A stretch of DNA of 64,000 bases from Acidobacteriota bacterium (GCA_965205565.1 CBDBID010000043.1:9580-73579); one strand, 5' to 3'. Positions 13,060 to 22,659 are shown, numbered from the stretch's first letter. Notes: generated by a model not told the origin, from the sequence alone. A program made the numbers and translations.

Positions 13060-13545
13060 TTACCAGTCCGATTCCTTCAGCTCCATACCATCCTCCGGAT
13101 ACCAACGGTCCGCGCCATAAAGGCGTGCTACCAGCAGGAACAACTGCTTCAGTTGATCGGCTTCCTGTTTGGAGATGTGTACTTCCAGGGTCAGTTCTCC
13201 GCCGGCTTCGGGTAAGTCCGTATCTGCCAGCACGTAGCCCTGAGTTGAAATGGAGTTTACTCCCCACCAGCTGCTGGTGTGTTTCTGGACGAAGGCGGCG
13301 CTCTCCTTTTCCAGAACCTGATCGTCCTTCTTCAGTGCCAACTTCACGCTGGTCAGCTCTCCTTCCGCGACCCCTACGCCGAGCCGATACTTCTTGCCGG
13401 GGATCAAATCGGAGAAAATAGCCTTGAGCTGGACCTCTTCCGCGGTGGTTCGAATCAAGGGAGCCTTCATTGACGCACGGTCTTGACCTGCAGAGTTTAG
13501 CTGCAGAAACAGCCACACGAATGATAAGACGAGCGCTCTTCGCAC
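13060..13545 (-). CDS. hypothetical secreted protein
   Basis: 161-aa ORF with an N-terminal signal-like segment MRRALVLSFVWLFLQLNSA. Lies upstream of, and on the same strand as, the ligase fusion. I recognise no family. Confidence 0.45.
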   Translation of the reverse strand: MRRALVLSFVWLFLQLNSAGQDRASMKAPLIRTTAEEVQLKAIFSDLIPGKKYRLGVGVAEGELTSVKLALKKDDQVLEKESAAFVQKHTSSWWGVNSISTQGYVLADTDLPEAGGELTLEVHISKQEADQLKQLFLLVARLYGADRWYPEDGMELKESDW

Positions 13546-13619
13546 GAATCCCCCTTTTTTCAGATTATAGCACCCAGACTCAAGAAGTGTCCCACTCTTG
13601 GAGCCGCCAGAATGAAACC

Positions 13620-14093
13620 ATGGAACTATACACGTTCCGTCACGCTGAGTCAGCCAACAATGCCAACCCGCTGGTACAACGGATAGAGGACCCGCCTTTG
13701 ACCGAGCGGGGAAGGCGGCAAGCCGGTCGGATGGCGCGCTGGCTGCCGTCGATTGACTCCGACCTCCTCATCACCAGCCCCTTTCGACGAGCGCTGGAGA
13801 CCAGCCGATTTGCCCAGGAAGAGCTGGGACTCCTTCCTAACATTTGGACCGAGTTGCATGAACAGGGGGGGGGCTGTGTCAGCGGCAACGGCCAAGCCTC
13901 TTTCTGCGGTCGAGCGGGCATGACCCGCGAGGAAATCTCCCAGGAGTTTCCCGGCTCACAGCAGCTTCCTCCGGCTGTTGCTAGCCACAATCCTGGATTT
14001 TCCAACCCTCCAGATCCCCTTGGGGGAGATCCTGAATACAGCTGTGAGCAGTTTGCGGGTCACCCCCGAAAGCATTCAACTCTTATCCTTTAA
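13620..14093 (+). CDS. histidine phosphatase (phosphoglycerate-mutase-like) family protein; 3' end doubtful
   Basis: MELYTFRHAESANN (an RHG-type motif), SPFRRALETS and a later VASHNPGF. The C-terminus looks unnatural, and an alternative frame (13978-14193) carries a family-like ending. Contains an in-frame G9 run. Confidence 0.6.
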   Translation: MELYTFRHAESANNANPLVQRIEDPPLTERGRRQAGRMARWLPSIDSDLLITSPFRRALETSRFAQEELGLLPNIWTELHEQGGGCVSGNGQASFCGRAGMTREEISQEFPGSQQLPPAVASHNPGFSNPPDPLGGDPEYSCEQFAGHPRKHSTLIL

Positions 14094-15110
14094 TGCCGTC
14101 GGCCTCCTGGACGAAGATTCCACCCCAGAGCTTCTGGTCGAATCAGAAAGGGCCGGGATCAGCTCGACGTTTCGCAAAGAGATAGGTCCGTGATTCCCCT
14201 GCAAAAGGATCGGGCCAGGTTCCCCTTCGCAACTGTCCAAGGCTCCTCCAGTGATGCCGGGGATCTCCCGATCCTGGATCACGGTCTGGCCGTTCAGGAC
14301 TACGGTGATGTAACGACCCAGGAGGGTGATTTCGTAACTCTGCCACTCTCCCGCCCGCCGGCCGGCGTTGACGGAGGGCGCGAGAAAGCCGTACACACCT
14401 GCCAGGTATATGTTGCTGGGCTCCTTGCCATAGTCGTCCTGGATTTGGACCTCATAGCGTCCCCGTAGGTAGACACCGCTGTTGCTGCCCTCCGGGTAGC
14501 GGAACTCCAAGCGCAGCTTGAAATCCTTGAATTCCCGCTCCGTCATCAGATCCGCGCCTTTGTCGGTATTGACCAGCAGTCCGTTTTCCACGCTCCAGTA
14601 GTGGAGAGCATGCGGATGTCGCGGTTTCCATCCCGACAGATCCCGTCCGTTGAAGAGTCGGACCGGTTCACCCCAACAAGCCTTCCCCGGTCGAGCCAAT
14701 TCCGGAGCCCGCATGGCCGTCCAGTGAAGAACCGTTCCGTCTTCACCATTGGTGGTGCCGACCAGACCATTGTCTTCCCAGCTCCCTTCGAAGCGCAGGT
14801 CGGTTGCGTGTCGCTCGTATTGCACGGGGAGGTGGAAGCTCAAGCGATGGTCTCGGTAGGATACAGAGGCCATGGGGCGGGCGCTGCCGCCTCGTCCGAC
14901 GAATGAGCCCTCCAGTCCATCATCGGTTTGCCGAATCTCGAACCAGGAGGGGTAACTGCTGTCCGAGGTCTTTACCGTAACATCCCACCGGCCCGGGATT
15001 CTTTCGCGCGGAGGGGCCCCTTCCGGAGAAGGAGAATCGGCCGGAGAAGCACAGGAGAAAAGAAGCAGCGCCGAGAGCAGTGGTGCGGTCAGGATTCGGC
15101 TTGCGCTCAT
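14076..15110 (-). CDS. DUF1080 (3-keto-disaccharide hydrolase-like) domain lipoprotein/exported protein
   Basis: Signal/lipobox-like MSASRILTAPLLSALLLFSC. The DUF1080 core is KDFKLRLEFRYPEGSNSGVYLRGRYEVQIQD ... LLQGNHGPISLRNVELIP. Start chosen at ATG 15110; the ORF opens at 15167. Confidence 0.75.
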   Translation of the reverse strand: MSASRILTAPLLSALLLFSCASPADSPSPEGAPPRERIPGRWDVTVKTSDSSYPSWFEIRQTDDGLEGSFVGRGGSARPMASVSYRDHRLSFHLPVQYERHATDLRFEGSWEDNGLVGTTNGEDGTVLHWTAMRAPELARPGKACWGEPVRLFNGRDLSGWKPRHPHALHYWSVENGLLVNTDKGADLMTEREFKDFKLRLEFRYPEGSNSGVYLRGRYEVQIQDDYGKEPSNIYLAGVYGFLAPSVNAGRRAGEWQSYEITLLGRYITVVLNGQTVIQDREIPGITGGALDSCEGEPGPILLQGNHGPISLRNVELIPALSDSTRSSGVESSSRRPTALKDKS

Positions 15111-15420
15111 TTCCCCCTTCCGGACACGGTATCGGCTCATGGTGGCACTTCGACGTCCTCCTCGCAACCACGGGCCCGGATCAACCTCGGATGAATTGGC
15201 TAGCGGGTATCTGAACCGGGCCTTTCCCGCATCAGCAATTCCAGCTGGAATGCGACCCCCCTCGAGGGGACCCGGACTGCGACTTCGATGCGCCCTCCAG
15301 GAGGTCGGCGGCCATCTTACAGAAGGCCCGCCCCAACATGTCCTTCCTCCTTCTTTTTGTGTACATGGATGGCTACCGATACGGAATGAGTTCGTTGGTT
15401 CTGTGGCGCAACTTTGCGCA

Positions 15421-16487
15421 TCATCCCAGCAAAGCGACGGCCTTGATCTGAGCGTACACGGTTTTCCCCGGTTCCAACTCGAGGGCGGCCACCGACTTTC
15501 GAGTGATGCGGGCCAGCAGTGGCACTCCCCCCGCGTTCAGGCGAACCAAGACCTGAGCGGGATTCTCCTCGGCTATCCTCTCGACCGTGGCTGGAAGAAT
15601 ATTCAGGATGCTAGTGCCGGTCTGCCGCTCCAGGGTCAGACTCACATCACGGGCCAGCACCTGGACCCGCACCCGGTGTCCCAACGGCAAGGCTTGATGA
15701 GAGAGGGCGAGCCGGCCGCCGGCGAAATCCAGTAGCGAGAGATAGAAGTACTCGTCATAGCCAGCGACCCGGGCTTCGATGAGGGCTCCGGCATCACTGT
15801 CGTGAGCCAGAGGGAGATCGAAGCGGGTGAGCATTTCGGCGATGGCACCGACGCCTTGCACTTTACCCTCCTCCAGCAGGATCATATGATCGGCCAGTCG
15901 CACCACCTCGTCGGGGAGGTGACTGACGTAGAAGACCGGAATTTCCAGCTCCTCATGCAATCGCTCGAAGTAGGGCAGGATCTGCGCTTTTCGCGAAAGG
16001 TCCAAAGCCGCCAGCGGTTCGTCCATCAGAATCAAGCGCGGGCTGGTGAGCAGAGCCCGGGCGATGGCCACTCGCTGACGCTCGCCACCGGAGAGTTGCT
16101 GGGGATATCGCCCCAGAAGAGACTCCAAGTCCAATAAGGTCTGGGCCTGCTCGAAAGAGATCTTTCGCTGGGTGGCGCGCACCCGCTTCCAACCATACTC
16201 CAGATTCCCTCGCACCGTCAGGTGGTTAAACAGGCTGGCCTCCTGGAAGACGTAGCCCACGGAGCGCTGGTGGGGGGGCAGAAAACGAGTGTCATCTTGC
16301 CACACCTCTCGGCCTACGCGGAGGTAGCCCCCGGTCGGGCGTTCCAAACCGGCAAGGGCCCGCAGCAGGGTCGTTTTGCCGCTACCAGACGGACCAAACA
16401 GTGCGGTAACACCGCGGCCGGAGCCGAGAATTGGACATCCAGGGCGAAATCCTCTCGCTTGATCCGGAAACGCGCCTCGATGGTCAT
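15421..16487 (-). pseudogene. modC: molybdate ABC transporter ATP-binding protein, frameshifted as sequenced
   Basis: ATG 16487 overlaps the modB stop (ATGA) and encodes [23 protein letters not shown]. The Walker A segment GVTALFGPSGSGKTTLLRALAGLERP is in another frame. The longest ORF (15421-16347) retains LSGGERQRVAIARAL and a C-terminal TOBE/Mop domain. Confidence 0.85.
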
Positions 16488-17164
16488 GGTCGCGCCATCC
16501 GGTAGCGACGTCGCCAGCTGTAAACGGCCAGCAACAGGAGAAAGGACAGGATCAAGAGTCCGGCCGAAAGGAGATGTGCCTGACCGTATTCCAGGGCTTC
16601 CACGTGGTCGTAAATGGCGATCGAAAGCACCTGAGTCTTGCCAGGTATGTTCCCTCCGATCATCAGCACCACGCCAAACTCACCTAGTGTATGGGCGAAC
16701 CCTAGAATGGCAGCCGTCAGATAGCCGTGGCGGGCCAAGGGTAAGGCCACGGTAAAGAACCGATCGATAGGGCCGGCTCGCAGTGTGGCGGCTACTTCCA
16801 TTGGTCGTGTGCCGATGGAGGAGAACGAATCTTGCAAGGGTTGAACGACGAAGGGCAGTGAATAAAAAACGGATCCAACGACCAGGCCCGTGAAGCTGAA
16901 GGCGAGATGATGGCCTCCCAGACCCTCCAGCCAGGCCCCGACCGGTCCATGGGGTCCCAGGGCAATCAAAAGGTAGAATCCCAGTACCGTGGGCGGTAGC
17001 ACCAGGGGTAGGGCCACCATGGCGTCCACCACCACTTTGAGGCGGAAGCGGGTGCGAGCCAACCACCAGGCCAGGGGCGTGCCCACGCCCAGCAGAATCA
17101 GCGTGGTCAGTCCCGCCAGTTGAAGGGTAATCCGCAGTGCCGTCAAATCTGCTTCAGTCAGCAT
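16484..17164 (-). CDS. modB: molybdate ABC transporter permease
   Basis: 226-aa polytopic protein of the ModB/CysTW type (EAA-like loop ...[19 protein letters not shown]...). Located between modA and modC. Confidence 0.9.
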   Translation of the reverse strand: MLTEADLTALRITLQLAGLTTLILLGVGTPLAWWLARTRFRLKVVVDAMVALPLVLPPTVLGFYLLIALGPHGPVGAWLEGLGGHHLAFSFTGLVVGSVFYSLPFVVQPLQDSFSSIGTRPMEVAATLRAGPIDRFFTVALPLARHGYLTAAILGFAHTLGEFGVVLMIGGNIPGKTQVLSIAIYDHVEALEYGQAHLLSAGLLILSFLLLLAVYSWRRRYRMARP

Positions 17165-17179
17165 CTCTGGCGCCGGGTC

Positions 17180-17959
17180 TCATGGGATTGAGTAGCCGTG
17201 TTCCTGAAGGATAGCTTCCACCTCGCCGCCTTGAACGAAGGACAGAAAAGCCCTCGCCGGGGCACCATCCCGGACTAAGATAGCTTGTTGACGGATCGGT
17301 TGGTAGAGGGACTGGGGCACCAGCCAGTAGGAGCCGGGAACGGCTTTGTTCGTTTGGCGCACCTGGGAGTAGGACACGAATCCCAGCTCGGTGTTGCCGG
17401 TTTTGACGAACAGGAAGGTCTGTCCGATGTTTTCACCGCGAACTAGGTGTTCTTGTAGATCCTCCCAGAGTCCCAGCTTTTGCAGCACCTGCCGGGCCGC
17501 TTCCCCGTAAGGCGCCAGCTTCGGATTGGCGATGGCCAGATGCCGGAAACCTCTTTGAGCGAGTACCTTCCCGTCCCCATCCACATAGTCCTCCCGCGCA
17601 CTCCAAAGCACCAGCCGGCCTATCGCATAGGTGAAGCGACTGCCGGGCACACCGCCACCTTCTTGCTCCAACCGGCGAGGACGCCGCTCATCGGCGGCTA
17701 GAAAGATATCGATGGGTGCCCCGTTGGTGATCTGAGCGTAGTGTTTTCCGGTGGCCCCGAACACCAGAATGACTCGGTGACCGGTCCGTTTCTCGAAGCT
17801 GGTCACAATGGCTTTAGCCGGAGCGCTGAAGTTGGAAGCCACCGCCACGTGGATTTCCTGGCTCTCCGAGCCCAGCGCCAGGCGCAGGGACGGGAAGCCC
17901 GCCAGGAAAAGGAGGGGAACCAGCAAAGGTGAAATGGCGCGCGGTCGCTGACGGTTCAC
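17180..17959 (-). CDS. modA: molybdate-binding periplasmic protein
   Basis: Signal peptide followed by VAVASNFSAPAKAI...VFGATGKHYAQI, typical of ModA. GTG start. First gene of modABC. Confidence 0.9.
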   Translation of the reverse strand: MNRQRPRAISPLLVPLLFLAGFPSLRLALGSESQEIHVAVASNFSAPAKAIVTSFEKRTGHRVILVFGATGKHYAQITNGAPIDIFLAADERRPRRLEQEGGGVPGSRFTYAIGRLVLWSAREDYVDGDGKVLAQRGFRHLAIANPKLAPYGEAARQVLQKLGLWEDLQEHLVRGENIGQTFLFVKTGNTELGFVSYSQVRQTNKAVPGSYWLVPQSLYQPIRQQAILVRDGAPARAFLSFVQGGEVEAILQEHGYSIP

Positions 17960-17993
17960 GGGTCGCTTGCTCCAGCCATCTTTACTGGACCAC

Positions 17994-19055
17994 CTAGCCG
18001 GCTCTCACGGTCAGGAGTGGCTCCCAGCACCCAGCTGGCCGTTGGTTTCCGTCCGTATCACATAAGGGGTGTGTGGGTGAATCCCTCCAGCCCAGCACCG
18101 CCAGATCGGCGCAGGCCTCCGGCGACAGGGTTCCCACTTCTCCCGCCAGTTTCATTATCTCGGCGGGGCGGGTCGTCACCCGGGTCAAAACCTCCGACTC
18201 CTGCATGCCGCCCGCCATCAATTTCGAAAGGGTGCGCGGTAAGTCGTGCTGCGGAATAGTGGCTACATGCCGACGGTACTGATCCGAGGAGATGGCGTCG
18301 GGAAGGAACCCTTCGGCGATGGCCGCCTCGGCCACCGGAAAGCTGAAGGAGCGCATTCCGTGCCCGACGTAGAACAGCCCGCCCCGCTGGCGAGCTTCCC
18401 ACACGGACTCCCGGATTCTCCCTCCGGAGAGCAGATTTTGCTCAGCATCTCGAAAACAGTAAGTAAAAACGTCTCCGTCTTGCAGCGCTTCGAGTTGCTG
18501 GGCCAGCGGCCAGTCTTCTACGAAGTGGCAGCCAAAGAGAAGGGGGCGCTTGGTACGCTGCACGGCCTCTCGGGCGCGCTCCAAGATGTCACGGGGATCG
18601 GCCTGGAGAATCTCGAGCATATCGAACAGGGAACTTTCCAGCCGCGTCTGCGCGGACTTCAGGATGTTGAGTTGCTGCTCGAACTTCGGGAACGCGGCTT
18701 TTTCGTCGACGAACGTCACATAGCCGCGGGTGATCGAGCGTCCGATCATGTAGTCGGCGATCCCGTAGGTGCCGAAGTCCGTTTGTTTGCGCTTTTCATC
18801 CCTATACTGCTTGACGAAGTCCGCCAGCCGATCCGGCAACACTTGTTTGACAACCCGCATCGATGCGGAATACCAGTGTCCGCACTGGTCTTTGAAAATC
18901 GGGAGCTTCAGCTCGCGGAGGTTCTTGACGGTTTCTTCATCGAAGACCTCCAGATCGACCGCCAGGCTGAGCCGAAGCAGATCCCCTTCATCGAGTAGAG
19001 ATTCTAGTTCCTTTTTGAATCTGCCGATGTTCGATCCCACCGCCATACTTTTCAT
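17994..19055 (-). CDS. chimeric ORF: unrelated helical N-terminal module fused to the C-terminal half of a dihydroorotase-like amidohydrolase
   Basis: The C-terminal ~190 aa (GDVFTYCF, GLFYVGHGMRSFSFPVAEAAIAEGFLPDAISSD, LSKLMAGGM, ADLAVL) match the amidohydrolase/deacetylase family. The N-terminal ~165 aa are K/E-rich and lack the HxH metal site. Confidence 0.6.
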   Translation of the reverse strand: MKSMAVGSNIGRFKKELESLLDEGDLLRLSLAVDLEVFDEETVKNLRELKLPIFKDQCGHWYSASMRVVKQVLPDRLADFVKQYRDEKRKQTDFGTYGIADYMIGRSITRGYVTFVDEKAAFPKFEQQLNILKSAQTRLESSLFDMLEILQADPRDILERAREAVQRTKRPLLFGCHFVEDWPLAQQLEALQDGDVFTYCFRDAEQNLLSGGRIRESVWEARQRGGLFYVGHGMRSFSFPVAEAAIAEGFLPDAISSDQYRRHVATIPQHDLPRTLSKLMAGGMQESEVLTRVTTRPAEIMKLAGEVGTLSPEACADLAVLGWRDSPTHPLCDTDGNQRPAGCWEPLLTVRAG

Positions 19056-19100
19056 GCCCCACAACACGGATTCGCTAGCCAGGGGGCCGCATGACGCCGG

Positions 19101-19313
19101 CTACCTGTGATCGGGCTGGATCGCCCCCTGGTGGATGTCCAGTGCTCCTCGCACCACCAGGAAGAGTTCATCCTCGTTTTCGCGATGGTGCCAGACGAAC
19201 TCGCCCTTGAGCTTGGCGAGTTTGAGGTGTTGACCGTTGAGTTCCCCAACGATCTTGGGACTCCACAGATCCCAGAAAAACCCGAGTGTTTCTGAGAGGT
19301 TGACTTTGTTCAT
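19101..19313 (-). pseudogene. cupin-domain protein, 3'-truncated
   Basis: MNKVNLSE...WSPKIVGELNGQHLKLAKLKGEFVWHHRENEDELFLVVRGALDIH matches small cupins of about 110 aa. Similarity stops at about aa 61 and the ORF ends at aa 70. Confidence 0.55.
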
Positions 19314-19612
19314 GGCGACAACGGGATTATACTGGGAGCTTGGAAACGCCTCTCGACTGTCCGGAGGAAGGTCTCTACAATCTCACGTAAAATTCTCTAA
19401 ATGTACAATTACTTGTACGTCCACTCGCAAGAGAATGCAAGGCAGAGGTCTAACTGGCACTGTGCCGGCGAAACATGGTTCGGGCTCCCCCTTTCAATGG
19501 GTCTCTGCTCGACCTTTACTCCTGCTCGGCTGCCAATTTGAACAACTACTTCCTGCAGCTTGCGCCCGGAAAAGAGAAGCAGTAGAGTCCCCAGCTAGAG
19601 GAGCTTCGAACC

Positions 19613-20998
19613 GTGCGCCGAATCGTTTTTTGCGCCGTCACCCTGTCTTTTTTCGCCCAAGTCTTGGGGGGGTTCCTGCCCTACACCATCAAGAAGAAGA
19701 CGCTGGAGAATGGGTTGGACGTGATCGTGATCCCGACGCCGGAGTTTCGGGATGTGGTGTCCTTCAACCTGCTGATTCTGGCGGGGGCGCGAAACGAGAT
19801 TGAAGAGGGCAAGAGCGGCCTGGCGCACCTGTTCGAGCACATCCTCTTCCGGCACCGCTGGGAGGGCCAAGACAACGGGTACGATGAGGCCATTAACGAC
19901 ATGGGGGCCTTCAACAACGCCTGGACCAGCTACGACCTTACCTACTACCACCCCTTCACCTTCCGCTCCAACCTGCAGCAGCTGGCTCGGCTCGAGGCTG
20001 ACCGGTTCATCCGGCTAGACTTCACCGAAGAGATCTTCAAGACCGAGTCGGGCGCCGTCCTGGGCGAGTACCGCCGGCTGGCTTCCGACCCCCGGCTACG
20101 CATGAATGAAGTCGTGCTGGCTCTCAGTTTCCCCGACCACCCCTACGGGCATTCCACCATTGGCTTTCTGACCGACGTCGAGGACATGCCCAACGAGTAT
20201 GTCGCCGCGGTCGACTTTCACAAGACCTACTACCGGCCCAACAATGCCGTTCTGATCGTGAGCGGCGACGTCGACCCGGGCGGGATCTTCGCGCTAGCCC
20301 AGCAGCTTTTCGGGGACTGGACTCCCGGAGAGCACCCCGCCATTCCGGAGGCCGGTGCTCTGGATGGACCCAAACGCCAGCACATTGACTGGGAGATCGA
20401 GGTGCCGCCCCGGATCACCCTCACCTACCGGATGCCGGCCTTCAGCCCCTCCAGCCGGGAGGGCGCGGTGGTGCAGTTGTTGCCTGAGCTACTGGCCGGA
20501 GAAACCGCTCCCCTGTTTCAAGAGCTGCGTTACCAGAAACGAACCGTCAACCAGCTGGACCTGTACTCCAGCTCCTACGAAAGCTTCGATCCGCGGTTGC
20601 TAGAAATCTCGGCTCTTCTCTTTCAGGATCGGTACGCAAAGAAGGGACAGGGCTATATCGATGAGGTGCTTGCCGACATGGAGCGAGGCCTCACCGATCT
20701 GAAGCGTTTCTCCCAGCAGCCCGATACGCACCAGACCTTGGAAGAGCTGAAAAGCAAGCTGCGCTACGATTTTCTGTCGCTGCTGAACAGTCCTGCCAGC
20801 ATCGCCGAGCAGTTCGCCTGGTACTACCGGTTCGAAAGAAATCCCCAGGTACTGGACGTTCTGAGCAAAGGGATCCAGCAGGTGACCCCGGCCGACGTGG
20901 ACGCCTTCGCTGCCACATATTTCCTGGATCGGTCCAAGGTGATCGTGACGCTTTCTCATCCCCAGGCGGGCGGCGAAAGCAAGGGCGGCTCAAACTGA
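19613..20998 (+). CDS. M16 (pitrilysin/insulinase) family zinc peptidase, catalytic-type subunit
   Basis: Signal peptide and the inverted zincin motif HLFEH (HxxEH) in GLAHLFEHILF. 461 aa. Paired with a second M16 gene. Confidence 0.85.
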   Translation: MRRIVFCAVTLSFFAQVLGGFLPYTIKKKTLENGLDVIVIPTPEFRDVVSFNLLILAGARNEIEEGKSGLAHLFEHILFRHRWEGQDNGYDEAINDMGAFNNAWTSYDLTYYHPFTFRSNLQQLARLEADRFIRLDFTEEIFKTESGAVLGEYRRLASDPRLRMNEVVLALSFPDHPYGHSTIGFLTDVEDMPNEYVAAVDFHKTYYRPNNAVLIVSGDVDPGGIFALAQQLFGDWTPGEHPAIPEAGALDGPKRQHIDWEIEVPPRITLTYRMPAFSPSSREGAVVQLLPELLAGETAPLFQELRYQKRTVNQLDLYSSSYESFDPRLLEISALLFQDRYAKKGQGYIDEVLADMERGLTDLKRFSQQPDTHQTLEELKSKLRYDFLSLLNSPASIAEQFAWYYRFERNPQVLDVLSKGIQQVTPADVDAFAATYFLDRSKVIVTLSHPQAGGESKGGSN

Positions 20999-21003
20999 AA
21001 AAC

Positions 21004-22659
21004 GTGCGGTGGGGCTATTTTCCGGTCCTGGGGGCGCTGCTGCTGGGCGGCGGTGAGCTTCGCCTGGTAGAAGCTGTATCTGCAGAAGAAGCGGACTCCC
21101 GGTTCGAGACGGTGGTCATCGACAGTCCTTCGCCGCTGATCCAGATTGTGCTGATGGTGCGCGCTGGCTCTGCCCATGATCCAGCTGGCAAGGAAGGGCT
21201 GGCCTACTTGACGGCTCGGACCCTGCTGGAAGGCGCTTACGGGGACGCTGCAGATCCCGTCACCAAGGAGCAGCTGGCGCTTCGCACCCGGCGTTGGGGA
21301 GCCGGAGCCAAGCCCAGCGTGCGGGTGGAAAAGGAAGTCTCCGTCTTTTACGCCCAGATCCCCGCCGAAGCTCTCGATACCTACCTGCAGGAGATCTTCG
21401 GTCCCCTGCTCACGCAGCCGCTGTTTCGCCGAGAGGAGCTGGATCGCCTGAGAGACGAGGTGGTGGAGGGGATCTCCGGCCCGTTGCGCTATGAAGATCT
21501 GGAGGGGCTCGGCTTGAACGCCATTGATCACTACGTTTTCGCGGAGACCCCCTACGCCCACCTTCCACAGGGGAGCCTGCAGGGCCTGAAGAGCATCCGC
21601 CGCCAGGATCTGCAGGCCTTTTACCGCAGCCATTACTGGAGCGAGAATCTGATCCTGGGATTGAGTACCACCCGGGCAGGGGTGGCGCGGAAGGTGCAAG
21701 TCGCGTTGCGAGACATCGGTTTCCGGGGGACTTCGAACCCAGTGGCTCAGCTGGCGCCGGCCCCTTCCGATGCGCCGCCTACCTTCGAGGGTCGGGAGCT
21801 GGTCATCGTATCCGTTCCCAACGCCGCTTCCACCGGCATTCATGCTGCCTTTCCAATCGACGTCAACCGCCGGCACCCCGATTACTGGCCGCTCTACGTG
21901 GCCCACGTCCACTTCGGGGTCCACCGGGACAGTTTCGGACACCTGTTTCGCGAGATCCGGCAAAAGCGCGGCTACAACTATGGCAACTACGCCTACATCG
22001 AGCACTTCCAGGATCGTCCCCGGCACCTGTTTCCACCCTTGAACTCCCCGCGGAGGTACCAGTACTTCAGCATCTGGATCCGCCCCGTGGGTCACGCCTA
22101 CACCCACCACTTGCTCAAGGCGCTGACCTGGGAGCTGGAGGATTTTGTGCGCAAAGGCTTGAGTCAGGAAGAGGTCGAGAAGGCCAAGAACAAAGCCAAG
22201 ATCCTCTATCTGAATCTGGCTGAAACGGTGTCGCGACTGGTGCAGTCCCGACTCGATGACCTCTTTTACGGGATGAAATCTAGCGGTTACTTGCCCCATT
22301 ATCTGGAGCGGATCGAAGCGGTGAGTGCCGAGCAGCTCAACGAGGCGCTCCGGCGCCACCTACAGGCGCGGAACCTCAAATACTTGGTGGTGACCAACCG
22401 GGAGGTTGCCGGCCAGTTGGCCAGCCAGGTGGCGTCTGGAGAGAAGGCGACCGGGAAGACGCCCCAAGAATACCGGGTGGCGGTGGAAGAAAAGGACGGA
22501 GCCAAGCTGTACCGGCTGTCCGAGGAGCAGTTGGAGATCTTGCGCCGGGATGCGGTGTGGGAAGCTTATCCACTGGAGATTCGCTCGGAGAAGATCCGCG
22601 TGGTTCCGGTGGAGCGGCTTTTCGAGACCGGAGATTTCGTGGCCCCGACGCAACCCTGA
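21004..22659 (+). CDS. M16 family peptidase, non-catalytic-type subunit
   Basis: M16 fold with the equivalent site GLAYLTARTLL (no HxxEH). Has a signal peptide and begins 6 nt after the upstream M16 gene. Confidence 0.8.
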   Translation: MRWGYFPVLGALLLGGGELRLVEAVSAEEADSRFETVVIDSPSPLIQIVLMVRAGSAHDPAGKEGLAYLTARTLLEGAYGDAADPVTKEQLALRTRRWGAGAKPSVRVEKEVSVFYAQIPAEALDTYLQEIFGPLLTQPLFRREELDRLRDEVVEGISGPLRYEDLEGLGLNAIDHYVFAETPYAHLPQGSLQGLKSIRRQDLQAFYRSHYWSENLILGLSTTRAGVARKVQVALRDIGFRGTSNPVAQLAPAPSDAPPTFEGRELVIVSVPNAASTGIHAAFPIDVNRRHPDYWPLYVAHVHFGVHRDSFGHLFREIRQKRGYNYGNYAYIEHFQDRPRHLFPPLNSPRRYQYFSIWIRPVGHAYTHHLLKALTWELEDFVRKGLSQEEVEKAKNKAKILYLNLAETVSRLVQSRLDDLFYGMKSSGYLPHYLERIEAVSAEQLNEALRRHLQARNLKYLVVTNREVAGQLASQVASGEKATGKTPQEYRVAVEEKDGAKLYRLSEEQLEILRRDAVWEAYPLEIRSEKIRVVPVERLFETGDFVAPTQP

